The notes beneath the pieces were generated by a model that searched no databases, was not told the DNA's origin, and saw nothing but the letters and a program-made list of their open reading frames with translations. This document shows, in pieces, positions 1 through 10,089 of a DNA stretch of 64,000 nucleotides (positions within the stretch are counted from its first letter, which is position 1; every line of letters starts with the position of its first letter). Both the position numbers and the translations under genes were made by a program. This DNA is from a virus: positions 12,730 through 76,729 of IMG/VR virus record IMGVR_UViG_3300044825_001572; one strand, given 5' to 3'.

Positions 1-3000
1 TTGAAGTTGTAGTTGATTGTGTTGTTCCGTTAATACTTACTTTTGATGTATTGGTGCTTGCCGCTAGGTTAATCGTAGAAGCATTACCAAATGCATTCAC
101 AGTTTGAACTTGACTATTGAGAAGATTAAATGTAGATTGATTTGTAATTATATTTGAACCATTAATAGTTGTAATTCCACTGCTAGAAGTTAAAGCTAAG
201 TTTCCATTAACATCTACTCTTATTTTCACGTCGGTATCAAAATTTTCATTGTTATATGAAACAGTAGTGAGTGGAGTAGCTAGTTTCCAAGAATATCCAT
301 CACTAGTATCAATACCAGCGTACCATCTTCTGTTTATATTATTAAATGTAGTATCCCAGGATAGAGCAACATCTCCAGAGCCGGATTGAGTTAATCTTAA
401 ATGAGCACCTCTTAAGTTTTCTCCGGAATTATTTTGGAATACTGTAATTGTTCCAGAAGTTCCAATTCTCAATCTTTCAGTATTATTTGATAATATTCTT
501 ACGTCTCCACCATTATCAATAGCATTAATGAATAGTGGTGTTGTTCCTCTATGAATTATAGAAGAACTTTGACTTCCAACACCAGAATTTCTAATTAATC
601 TTAATCCATAATCAAAGGTAGAAGTATCATTATTTAAATCAATATATGAGGATTGGTTGGTATTACCTACTCCAAGTCTTAAAATTCTACTATCTGTAAT
701 ATATGCAGTAGAAATTCCAGGAACTCTATTTGTGGTAATTGCAACATTACCATTAACAACAGATAAACTATTATTGATGATAGTATTACCTGTTACTGAA
801 CTAATAGTTAAATCATTGAATTTATTATCAATAATATTACTACCAGCAATACCAACTCTAATATTTGCTAAATCAATTTTATCTGCATATAATGTTGGTG
901 CTACTCCAAATTCATTTTTTTTATTGATATAAACATCTTTATAGAAAGATGATACACCAACCGTCTCAATTTGATTAAATTTAGATGTTCCTCTTTCGTG
1001 AATTTGAGTATAATTAGTTGCGATTCCTGTTGATGGATTGATCCCCAAGAAAGTCATTGTTCCATAAACATCAACATCTTCAAATTTTACATCACCCAGG
1101 TTAAATGCTTGTGTAAATACAACTCCGCCAGTAACTCTTAGGTTTTGAATTTGAGCAGTACCAGCAACATTTAGTGGGTATACATCACTTGGAGCAATTC
1201 CAATACCAACTTTATCTAATGTAAATGTTAGCTTATTTGGTTCGTTACTAATTAATCCCCACTGCCTCCATTCATTACTCTTATAAATATGACCTACGTA
1301 ATTATTTGTTGGGTTTGAAATAAATGATATATCACCATTTGTTGGTCTTGGAATTGTTACTGCAGTTGGAGTTGATATTCCTACTGTGAATAATTTTTCT
1401 TGGGATACTGAACCTCTTATAAAGAGATTTCTCAATAACATACCTTCAGGAGAGAGGTTGGTTACTCTCTTATCAAAGTTTACTGGACCATAGAACTGTG
1501 AACTTTGATTATTATTTTCACCACCTTCTACAGTAATTCTACTTTTTACTAGAACTTCATCAAATAATCCACTTTGTGAATTTTGTAATTCTCCATTTGC
1601 ATCATCTCCGGTAAATGTCAATATTGGAGCACCGACAATTGTTTGCTCTCCAGTGGTTGCAGAAACTTTAGTACTTCCAGTATAGAATTCACCAAGGTCA
1701 TTCATTCCAGTATATACAATTGAGCCACCTTGCTCTCTTCTTGCTTGTGAATTAAGAACTTCAATATCTCCTAGAACTCTATCCTGTCTTTGTGGAAGAG
1801 CTGTGGAGTAGTTACCCGGACCATAACCTAAGTATTCAAAAGTATGTCCAGAAGCTCTCATAAATGAAGGTCTTCTTGTTTCTACTGGAAGTACTCTTAT
1901 TTTTCTAACAACAGAGCCAGAAACTGCAGAAATTCTTAGTGTACCTAGTTGATTTCTTAAAACATTAAATGATGTGCTAGTTGGAGTACCAGCAATCCTC
2001 ATAATCTCATTTCCAATAGTGATGAAATCTCCTCTCTTTAATCCAGCAGTAGTATCTACATTTAAAGAAGTTGTATTAATATTAATAGATGATGTTAATG
2101 TAAATGATAATCCAGAATATACATAACAAGCTCTAGAAGATAAGTTTTCTTCACCTCTACCTAAGTTTAATGCGTTTGAATTAATTCCATACTTAAGAAT
2201 TTTTCCTGTAGATGGAGTTGTAGTTGTAGTAGCAATCCCAGCACCAACACTAAATGAGAATGTTGTGATTCCAATAACTTCATTAACAATATAATCTTTA
2301 TTATTGTAAAATTCTATATTAGACTTGGTAAACTTAAATTTATTACCAATGGATAGTCCGTGAGGATAAGATGTAGTAACTGTTGTAATTCCTGTAGTTA
2401 AATCGCTCAAAATCATTGAGCTTATTCCAACACCTTTTGATGCAATATAACCAATTGGAACTATTCCATTTGTATTAGAAGTATATGTAGGTACTCCTTC
2501 TGGAACATAAATCGTTACTGATTTTTTATTTGGTACTGCTATAATTTCATAAATTCCATTTAAATCTGTTGAATGGAATCCAGAAAGTTCTAATCCGTCA
2601 CCAATATTATTGTTTATCTCAGTTACTTGGACTAGAGCATTGGTAACTGATCCTCCCTGAACTCCAAGTTGCTCTCCAACAGTATGTGCTGCACCTACGT
2701 CTACTAATCTTAAGCTATTAGTATTAATAGTGCCGGTTCCAGTTGTAGAATATCTACAAGTAGCATCTTCTTCATTAAATTTTACGTCTATTAGGTTTGC
2801 TGAGTAAATCGTGGTATTTAGAGGATATCCAGCTCCAGAAGAAATTACGTTTACAGATTTAATAGAGTTTAATTTATGTTCTACATCAGTAGATAAAGTT
2901 AAAGTTGTATTACCAACACCACTGATAGTAATATTAGTAATTCCAAATCCTACTCTATTGTTTTTATTAAATTCGTTAATTACCTCAAGAGTTAATGATT

Positions 3001-6000
3001 TTTTCTTATCATCAGTTATTACATTACCAACTACTTTTAAATCTGCGTAACTAATAGTGGCATTTGGATTTGATGTAGGATTATCTCTATCAACTTGCGG
3101 ATATAAATTTCTAATATCTTGATTAAAATACTTCGATGATAATCCATATCCAACATTATTACTAATTCCTATAGAAGATGATAGTACAATAAGATGATAA
3201 ATTCCATCCTGACCTTCAGTTCCAGGAACGTGTTCTCTTATGGTGTCTACTCTATAAATGTAAAAATTATTTTTATAAGACTGTCTTGATACTAAAGGTA
3301 ACGCATTTCTTTGTTGTGTTGTTGTTCTTTGATTAATATTATTTGTAAAAGTTCCTGGATTTGTTTTAACGCCTTCAAGTTGATATGTGAATGTTCTTGA
3401 TGATGGTATTGAAAGTACCGGGTAATCTCCATTATAACTACTAACAATTCCAACCCCAGATGGATTGTTTGTACTTCTTACTGATTGAACCTTTACTACA
3501 TCTCCAACAATTAAATTATGTGGTAACTCAGTAGTAATTGTAACTGTTTGTTTATTGTTGAGAATTGAACCAGCAGAAGCATTTACAATAACTTTTTCAT
3601 TTCTCAATTCAGTTGAATTTAAAAGTTGAGTACCATCACTAATACTTATTGTACTGATAGCTACATTTTTACTTTCTTGTAAAATATATCCAGATTGTGG
3701 TGCTTTTGCATTAATATATTCTTTTGGTATAACATAACGAAGTTTATATAATCTTTCATCAATAGGTCTATTCTCTTGTATCCTTTTTATAAATGTAAAT
3801 GGAGTTGCATCTCCAAATGTAGCTATGTTGATAGTTGATACTATATCATATATTTTATTTACTGATCCAGATTGGGCAGTAAAGATATACCAAGATTTAT
3901 TTCCTTCATCCCACTGAATTGGATGGCCAAATTCTCCTGCAATTTTATCACTTACAGTACTAATTACAGAAATAGTTCCTCCATTGTTTCCTATACTTGT
4001 GATCTCTACACCTGATAATGCATCATTTAAAGTTGAAGCAAGCTTTATTTGATTAATTCCAAGAGTTATATCAACAGTATTTGTAATTGTATAATATACT
4101 TTATCAATCTCTAATCCTTCTGGAGCTTGAGCGTTATCGCTAAAAATTCTTACCTTTTCTCCGGAAAATAATTTATGATTTCCAGTAAGTGTTAATACAT
4201 TATTTGAAATATTATTAACAATTCCAGTTCTAGCAACATTATATGTTTTTTTAGATATTAACCCCTCACTTTCATCTGGAGTAGTCATATAAATTGGGGT
4301 GGAATATGAAGATTGACTTTCATTTCCAGTAATAGTTAAATATAATTTATCTCCTTCTCTTGCACCTATTCTATATCCATTAACTTGAGATATGGGTACT
4401 ACATCCTTACTATTATATCCAAAAATATAAAGTTTATTTGGGTCTGCAATAGATTGAATTTTACCAATATCTAAAGGTAGCCAAGATACCTCATCCTCTT
4501 CTTCTACCAATTCTCTTGGGGGAATTATATGAGTAATATATCCAGTATCATCTCTATCAAATGAAGTTTTCTTAAATCCTATACTATTAAGTGAGGTAGC
4601 ACCAAAGTTTGAGTTTGAGTTGGTGATACTCATATCAGCACCACTTTCAGTTAAGAAATGTTTTGCATAACCAATAGCAAAAACTGATACTGCCTGAATA
4701 AAAGCATCATTAGAACACCTAATATGATAATTCTCAAATTCGGGTTTAAATATTGCTCTTGAGTTTTGATATAATGGTCTTAGTTGACTTACTGTGGGAA
4801 GTGTAATATTATCGTAATATACTCCATTATCATAAATCAAATATGCATCATTATCTTTCTGTAGAGAAACTCCGGTAAACTGAGCCACGACCATAGATTT
4901 AAATCCATCTGCTCTCGCACCATCAGCCCACATACCACACATACCATATACTGAACGTATAGAGCAGTTGAAGATATATGGTGATGATGAACTTACAGTA
5001 TCACTTTCTACAGATACTGTAGCAACATCAAAAGTATTTGAATCTGGTAATACTTCACTTGGAATTGTAGTGGTTACAAACGTAAATGTATTGATACCAA
5101 CAACTTCTCTTACTGTAAATGATCCATTATATGCAGTTGGAGATTCGGTAATACCTCTAATTACAATAGGAGTATCTACTGCGAAATTATGAGGCTTTTC
5201 AATTTTACTTTGTAAGTCAGCAGTAGTTACAGTAATGACGCTATTATCACCAGTACCATCACCATTACCAGCGCGAATACTTGAAATTCCTAGAGGATTT
5301 TCTTGAAGTGGACCTACAATTCTAAATTCATTAACATTAGGCTCAAAATCTAGATTTGCTGGGAAATCTTCAATTCCTCTACCAGAAAGACTATCATATG
5401 CCCTAGCAATTTTATAATAATACATTTCTAGGTCGGTTAGGTCAGTTTGGTCTTGACCCAATCTAACCTTATTTACACCATCGGCATAAACAAATGATGT
5501 TAATTTGTGGTGAGAGAATTTTGGAACGTGTTTAGTATCAGTATAATTTTTATATGCAAATTTTGTTATATCTGCATCAAAGAAGGTAAATTGTGAAAAG
5601 TAGCAACTACCTGTTACATTAAAAATACTTGAAACTTCTACATCTTGACTTAATGGGTCTGGAACATATAGAGGTCTAATTTTAGTCTTTCTTAAGTCTT
5701 GACCTACTATAGAAGTACCTCTTGGTAAAATTATACCACCATTAACTGAGTTATACTTATATAAGTCATTATTTGGATCGAATATATCAAAATTAGTATT
5801 CTCCCCAAAAGGTTGTAGACTAGATGTAGTCCAAGTATCTTTTCCAGTTCTTTTCTTATATACGGCAGATCCACTAATATTTTGTATACTATATCCAGGT
5901 CTATTATCAATATAATGTGTTCCAGAAGAAACTATAATCGTAGTTCTATCATTTCTATCGTTATTTCTTCCAGGAACATATGAGTAGAGAGCAGCCTCTA

Positions 6001-6148
6001 ATAAACAACGCTGGAGGCTAGAAAATGGGCGGAGGGGACTAGTTCCTCTATTTTCTATACTATCTGTAGAATCAAAGTTTGACGGGTCTACATAAAGTTG
6101 AACTCCAGTAGGATTTGAACCCAGATTTTCTAGTCTAGAGAGTGACAT
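1..6148 (-). CDS. Very large virion structural/tail-fibre protein (>2049 aa, 3' end outside window)
   Basis: ATG at 6148 gives MSLSRLENLGSNPTGVQLYVDPSNFDSTDSIENRGTSPLRPF...GTHYIDNRPG, resembling the conserved cyanomyovirus giant fibre N-terminus. The frame is still open at position 1, which explains its absence from the ORF track. Confidence 0.85.
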   Translation of the reverse strand, partial: MSLSRLENLGSNPTGVQLYVDPSNFDSTDSIENRGTSPLRPFSSLQRCLLEAALYSYVPGRNNDRNDRTTIIVSSGTHYIDNRPGYSIQNISGSAVYKKRTGKDTWTTSSLQPFGENTNFDIFDPNNDLYKYNSVNGGIILPRGTSIVGQDLRKTKIRPLYVPDPLSQDVEVSSIFNVTGSCYFSQFTFFDADITKFAYKNYTDTKHVPKFSHHKLTSFVYADGVNKVRLGQDQTDLTDLEMYYYKIARAYDSLSGRGIEDFPANLDFEPNVNEFRIVGPLQENPLGISSIRAGNGDGTGDNSVITVTTADLQSKIEKPHNFAVDTPIVIRGITESPTAYNGSFTVREVVGINTFTFVTTTIPSEVLPDSNTFDVATVSVESDTVSSSSPYIFNCSIRSVYGMCGMWADGARADGFKSMVVAQFTGVSLQKDNDAYLIYDNGVYYDNITLPTVSQLRPLYQNSRAIFKPEFENYHIRCSNDAFIQAVSVFAIGYAKHFLTESGADMSITNSNSNFGATSLNSIGFKKTSFDRDDTGYITHIIPPRELVEEEDEVSWLPLDIGKIQSIADPNKLYIFGYNSKDVVPISQVNGYRIGAREGDKLYLTITGNESQSSYSTPIYMTTPDESEGLISKKTYNVARTGIVNNISNNVLTLTGNHKLFSGEKVRIFSDNAQAPEGLEIDKVYYTITNTVDITLGINQIKLASTLNDALSGVEITSIGNNGGTISVISTVSDKIAGEFGHPIQWDEGNKSWYIFTAQSGSVNKIYDIVSTINIATFGDATPFTFIKRIQENRPIDERLYKLRYVIPKEYINAKAPQSGYILQESKNVAISTISISDGTQLLNSTELRNEKVIVNASAGSILNNKQTVTITTELPHNLIVGDVVKVQSVRSTNNPSGVGIVSSYNGDYPVLSIPSSRTFTYQLEGVKTNPGTFTNNINQRTTTQQRNALPLVSRQSYKNNFYIYRVDTIREHVPGTEGQDGIYHLIVLSSSIGISNNVGYGLSSKYFNQDIRNLYPQVDRDNPTSNPNATISYADLKVVGNVITDDKKKSLTLEVINEFNKNNRVGFGITNITISGVGNTTLTLSTDVEHKLNSIKSVNVISSGAGYPLNTTIYSANLIDVKFNEEDATCRYSTTGTGTINTNSLRLVDVGAAHTVGEQLGVQGGSVTNALVQVTEINNNIGDGLELSGFHSTDLNGIYEIIAVPNKKSVTIYVPEGVPTYTSNTNGIVPIGYIASKGVGISSMILSDLTTGITTVTTSYPHGLSIGNKFKFTKSNIEFYNNKDYIVNEVIGITTFSFSVGAGIATTTTTPSTGKILKYGINSNALNLGRGEENLSSRACYVYSGLSFTLTSSININTTSLNVDTTAGLKRGDFITIGNEIMRIAGTPTSTSFNVLRNQLGTLRISAVSGSVVRKIRVLPVETRRPSFMRASGHTFEYLGYGPGNYSTALPQRQDRVLGDIEVLNSQARREQGGSIVYTGMNDLGEFYTGSTKVSATTGEQTIVGAPILTFTGDDANGELQNSQSGLFDEVLVKSRITVEGGENNNQSSQFYGPVNFDKRVTNLSPEGMLLRNLFIRGSVSQEKLFTVGISTPTAVTIPRPTNGDISFISNPTNNYVGHIYKSNEWRQWGLISNEPNKLTFTLDKVGIGIAPSDVYPLNVAGTAQIQNLRVTGGVVFTQAFNLGDVKFEDVDVYGTMTFLGINPSTGIATNYTQIHERGTSKFNQIETVGVSSFYKDVYINKKNEFGVAPTLYADKIDLANIRVGIAGSNIIDNKFNDLTISSVTGNTIINNSLSVVNGNVAITTNRVPGISTAYITDSRILRLGVGNTNQSSYIDLNNDTSTFDYGLRLIRNSGVGSQSSSIIHRGTTPLFINAIDNGGDVRILSNNTERLRIGTSGTITVFQNNSGENLRGAHLRLTQSGSGDVALSWDTTFNNINRRWYAGIDTSDGYSWKLATPLTTVSYNNENFDTDVKIRVDVNGNLALTSSSGITTINGSNIITNQSTFNLLNSQVQTVNAFGNASTINLAASTNTSKVSINGTTQSTTTS

Positions 6149-6178
6149 TTATATTAAGATACTAGTCTACATATGTTC

Positions 6179-6185
6179 TATTTAG
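6179..6185 (-). promoter_or_regulatory. T4-like late promoter (CTAAATA)
   Basis: About 30 nt upstream of ATG 6148. The same (A/C)TAAATA box precedes minus-strand structural genes at 8378, 8763, 12947, 14598, 23478, 28039, 33654 and 45412. Confidence 0.65.
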
Positions 6186-6201
6186 TAAGTAAAATAGTAT
6201 T

Positions 6202-6225
6202 AAAAAAGAGACCCATAAGGTCTCT
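6202..6225 (-). terminator. Intrinsic terminator
   Basis: AGAGACC-ttatg-GGTCTCT stem followed by a T-run on the minus strand, directly after the 6230 stop. Confidence 0.75.
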
Positions 6226-6229
6226 AAAA

Positions 6230-6403
6230 TCAAACAAAATCTGGAACAATTTCTCCTCGAAGTTCAGCTAGCTTTGCTGTTGCTAGACTTTCAACTACAG
6301 TCCAATATAGCTCACCACTCATCATATTTTCATCCGTAAATGAAGCTGCTACATCCTCTTGTAGTCCAGTTAGCTCATTTAGAAGTTCTTTAGAAATTTG
6401 CAT
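6230..6403 (-). CDS. Small conserved cyanophage hypothetical protein (57 aa, MQISKELL...)
   Basis: ORF track 6230..6424. ATG 6403 is preferred because the promoter -10 box lies at 6427-6432. Confidence 0.7.
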   Translation of the reverse strand: MQISKELLNELTGLQEDVAASFTDENMMSGELYWTVVESLATAKLAELRGEIVPDFV

Positions 6404-6426
6404 AAAGTAATTTCGATGACCCAATT

Positions 6427-6455
6427 AGTCTACCATAGGTACGACAGGCTGTCAA
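6427..6455 (-). promoter_or_regulatory. Sigma70-type early promoter
   Basis: TTGACA-17 nt-TAGACT. Confidence 0.75.
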
Positions 6456-6655
6456 GTGTCCTGAATTAGAGAAATTTAACTTCTCAAGAATTAACATCTA
6501 CAGAGTATGTCAATTATGAATGTGGAGTGGAATTAAGTCTAAATGGTGGTGTTTACAATTTAGAATCTGCTATGAAGTTTCTAGAAAATCAATAGAATTT
6601 TATTGACTTTTATTACTATCAATATGGTGTTGACCTTTTGGATATCTTATTTCTT

Positions 6656-7948
6656 TCATCTCGTTAGTGCCTGGAGTTGAGCATTTGGAAGTCGTTTTGG
6701 GAAATATGTCACTCTAGAAACTGTACCGTTTAAAGGAGAATCGAACGACCAAGGTGAGGAACCAATTGTCAATCTATTAATAGTTTTAGGAAATCCAAAT
6801 ATAGTGTTTCCTTCAAAACTAAGCGATCTATTGAATATGTTTCTTACAGGTTCGTCATTAACACACGCAGAGGCTGTAGGTTCTGCTGTAGTATAACCTA
6901 AAATTCCTTTAACTTCCTTATTTGAAGTGTAATTACCTAAAGAACTTATTCCTGTTAGAGGAGACCAAGCTACTACTACTGGATTTGATCCCACATTAAA
7001 ATAAAGTGATGAAAGAAATCCAATCCTACTATCAGCTAAACCTCCAAATAATTTCGCTACATTTGGAGTTGCTAAAGTTCTACCTGAAAAAAATATTGTA
7101 GATTCAAGTTGACTGTAAAAACTAGAAAAATTATTATCAACTATTGAGGCTCTATCTGCGGATCTAGTTCTTGTGGAACCTACAGTTGGTATGTAGGATG
7201 TTGGGAAGGTTCCCAATTCTACTTGAGCACCAAAAACTTGAAATATTTGTCTAACGGCATTTGGTACAACCACGACACTTTCAGCAAGTTCTCCATTTTG
7301 ATCTGCACTTGCAGTCATAGAAAGGCGATACCATCCATCAGAAAATTTCTGAATAGTTTTATTTATTATTGTCCCTGTAGAATCGACCGCAGTTAATCTC
7401 GATAAATTATATCTCACTTGTCTTTGAGTGGTCCATGCTCTATCTGTACCAGTCCAAAAACGTAGATAAATATCATCTTCTGGAATAGTAATACTCTTAA
7501 AAAATATGCTAAAAGTTACTGTTTGTCCTGCAGTTACAGATATTGGATTAGTATTATGGAAAATATAATCTGATCCTAGGCTGGTTGTTATTTTTTCATT
7601 ATAACCAGTTCCAGTAGGTCCTCCAGTAGTTATAGTAGTACTCGATAATCTTATATTATTATATTCATTCAAACTCTCACTTCTTCTAGATAAATTACTT
7701 CTACTCTCTTCAATAAGTAACCCTAAACTTTCACCTGTATCTGGGTTATGATCGAATCTTGCTTCATTCACTCCAGCGTATTTAATAAGACCATCAGCAC
7801 CTACATAAGATCCACCAGAAGCTCTAGTGAAAGTAATTCTAGGATCTAAGGTTTTTGTTCTTGCAAAATTTAAATCCAGAGTTGGTCTAACTTCTGGATA
7901 ATTTAAATCTGTAGTAGTTGCAGAAAGAAGAAATTGATCGATACTCAT
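6656..7948 (-). CDS. Spike/fibre lectin-like protein, paralog 1 (head-spike-fibre-like; ConA/LamG-like domains)
   Basis: Blocks LDPRITFTRAS..RFDH..GLLIEESR, GAQVELGTFPTSYIPT and TYFPKRLPNAQLQALT are shared with five paralogs. Confidence 0.75.
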   Translation of the reverse strand: MSIDQFLLSATTTDLNYPEVRPTLDLNFARTKTLDPRITFTRASGGSYVGADGLIKYAGVNEARFDHNPDTGESLGLLIEESRSNLSRRSESLNEYNNIRLSSTTITTGGPTGTGYNEKITTSLGSDYIFHNTNPISVTAGQTVTFSIFFKSITIPEDDIYLRFWTGTDRAWTTQRQVRYNLSRLTAVDSTGTIINKTIQKFSDGWYRLSMTASADQNGELAESVVVVPNAVRQIFQVFGAQVELGTFPTSYIPTVGSTRTRSADRASIVDNNFSSFYSQLESTIFFSGRTLATPNVAKLFGGLADSRIGFLSSLYFNVGSNPVVVAWSPLTGISSLGNYTSNKEVKGILGYTTAEPTASACVNDEPVRNIFNRSLSFEGNTIFGFPKTINRLTIGSSPWSFDSPLNGTVSRVTYFPKRLPNAQLQALTR

Positions 7949-7952
7949 AATA

Positions 7953-8357
7953 TCAAGTTGTAGTTATGCTATATCTCCATCCAGATGGAGTTCTAATGTA
8001 TAGACGATTATTTAAGGTATCAAAAATTAATGGTGCTTCTCCAGGAGGAATTGCAGAAGTGACTCCTGTGGGTGGTCCAGAACAAGTTGGAATACATAAG
8101 AATCCTTCAGTAGCAGTAGTTGCTAATGATGTACCTGATCCTACAAATATATTTCCACCATTAGGTTGAAGAGTTAAGTTGGTGAAAGGATTTGTGGTTC
8201 CTGATACTGGAAAGTTATCAATCGTTGTTGTACTTGCAACACCAACAGGAGATTGTATAGATCTTACAGTAATTCCAGAACTATTTTGAAATGCTAGTTC
8301 CCCAAGCATTCCATTGGTGCTCAACTGGTTTATTCCCGATCCAATGAGGCTCGCCAT
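7953..8357 (-). CDS. Small fibre-associated protein
   Basis: N-terminus LIGSGINQLSTNGMLGELAF resembles the VGYGASQVPLNQYLGQLAF motif of the long fibres; late box at 8378. Confidence 0.6.
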   Translation of the reverse strand: MASLIGSGINQLSTNGMLGELAFQNSSGITVRSIQSPVGVASTTTIDNFPVSGTTNPFTNLTLQPNGGNIFVGSGTSLATTATEGFLCIPTCSGPPTGVTSAIPPGEAPLIFDTLNNRLYIRTPSGWRYSITTT

Positions 8358-8383
8358 ATTACTTAAACTTTATTAGTTATTTA

Positions 8384-8749
8384 TTAGAAGAAAGTCCTTT
8401 GTGGATTTTGTGGAGTTACAAGATAAGGCTCCAATTCAGTTGGAAGTGGAATTTCTGGTTTATTACCATAAATCGTTCTATAATTGTAATGATATCCATC
8501 AATTTGAGTTGGTGGAGTAACTACAGTCATCTCACCAGTTTCTGGATTAGTTTCATAAACTCCATCATCATTATAAAGAACTCCAACTTCATCGATTGCG
8601 AAAATTTCAGTTTGAGTAGTGACTTCTAATGTGTCCAGAGGTTCATTAGTTTCTGGATCATATGGAGTATATGTGTGCTCTGGGATTGTGGAGAACACTT
8701 GGAGTGCTTCTTCTTTGGAAGCAAACTTAAGGAAATAATCTGTTATCAT
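8384..8749 (-). CDS. Small acidic fibre adaptor/chaperone-like protein, copy 1
   Basis: Paralog of 14261..14584 (Y.LKF.S.EEA, DGVY, PPT..DG.H.N, VTP.NP.R.F). Confidence 0.65.
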   Translation of the reverse strand: MITDYFLKFASKEEALQVFSTIPEHTYTPYDPETNEPLDTLEVTTQTEIFAIDEVGVLYNDDGVYETNPETGEMTVVTPPTQIDGYHYNYRTIYGNKPEIPLPTELEPYLVTPQNPQRTFF

Positions 8750-8765
8750 GATGTTTTTGTTTTAT

Positions 8766-10079
8766 TTATGATGTGAGTGAGATTAATTGAGAATTGGGAA
8801 GACGTTTGGGGTAGTATGTGAGGCGGCGGATGGTTCCGTTATAATAAAATTGAGTTCCACTAACCGGAATTCTTGTTCCTATATCCATTCTTGTCATAGG
8901 AATAAAAACAAAACTTTGAGGAGAACTTCTAACTAATCCATTAAACGCCGCTGCTATTTCATTCTTACCATAGGTTCCAGCAAGTTTAATATTATCTTGT
9001 ATTGTGTAAAATGTATCACTAATAACAGAACTTGTACCACTATCAGTTCTAGTTTGAAAGGTTGCGGCATAATTAGTAGATGCCCGAGTATCAAGATTTG
9101 GACCAATTCCTCTTAAATTATCTCCATACTGTATTCGAAATGGAGTTTGATTACTATATTCCCTAGAATTTACTTTACAATTAACATATATGGTTCCTTC
9201 ACTATCTTGCCTATAAAAATCACTAAAGTTCTTACCAGTTATTGATGCATTATCTGCGGCACGGGTTCTTGTGGATGCTTGTGTTGGTATATAGGATGTT
9301 GGGAATGAACCTTGTTCTAGTTGAGCGCCCCATAGGTAGATTCCACTTGTACCATCTCCAATATAAGTTGTACTTCTATTAATTAACTGTATTCTAACTC
9401 TTAAATCAGTAACACTAGATGTACTGGGAGTTCCAGAAATAGAAAGACAAAACCATCCATTAGGTAAAGGAACTATTGAGGAATTTGATATAGAACCTGT
9501 ACCTCCAGTTCCAGTAGATATTACACTTACACTATCAATATCAAATGTTGTACCAATTCTATCAACATTACTGTTTGAAAATAGCACTAAATTGATAAGT
9601 CTAACTCCAGAAAGTCTTTTTACATAAATTGACAAAGTTAATGGAACATTTGCTGCTTGAGATATTGTAGTTCTATCTAAATAATGATCTTGTAATCCAC
9701 TAGATGAGGGTCTTTCAATAAAAGAGTCTGCAGTTAAAGATCCATCGGGTGCAACAGAAGAATTTAAAATAATTGGAGAAGATGCTTTTATATTCCAAGC
9801 ATTTTGTGCATTTTCACTCCAAGTAAATAAATTAGTCCTACTCTCCTCAATAAGTAACCCTAAACTCTCACCAGTAACAGGATCGTGGTCAAATCTAGGT
9901 TCATTAACTCCAGCATACTTAATCAATCCATCAGCACCTACATAAGAACCACCAGATGCTCTAGTAAAAGTAATTCTAGGATCTAAAGTTTTACTATTAG
10001 CAAAGTCTAAGTCTAAGGTAGGTAAGACCTTTGGATAGTCTAATTCTGCACTGGTGTTAAATACTTGTTTAACTGTCAT
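8766..10079 (-). CDS. Spike/fibre lectin-like protein, paralog 2
   Basis: Same three conserved blocks as paralog 1. Confidence 0.75.
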   Translation of the reverse strand: MTVKQVFNTSAELDYPKVLPTLDLDFANSKTLDPRITFTRASGGSYVGADGLIKYAGVNEPRFDHDPVTGESLGLLIEESRTNLFTWSENAQNAWNIKASSPIILNSSVAPDGSLTADSFIERPSSSGLQDHYLDRTTISQAANVPLTLSIYVKRLSGVRLINLVLFSNSNVDRIGTTFDIDSVSVISTGTGGTGSISNSSIVPLPNGWFCLSISGTPSTSSVTDLRVRIQLINRSTTYIGDGTSGIYLWGAQLEQGSFPTSYIPTQASTRTRAADNASITGKNFSDFYRQDSEGTIYVNCKVNSREYSNQTPFRIQYGDNLRGIGPNLDTRASTNYAATFQTRTDSGTSSVISDTFYTIQDNIKLAGTYGKNEIAAAFNGLVRSSPQSFVFIPMTRMDIGTRIPVSGTQFYYNGTIRRLTYYPKRLPNSQLISLTS

Positions 10080-10089
10080 TTTTTCCTCC

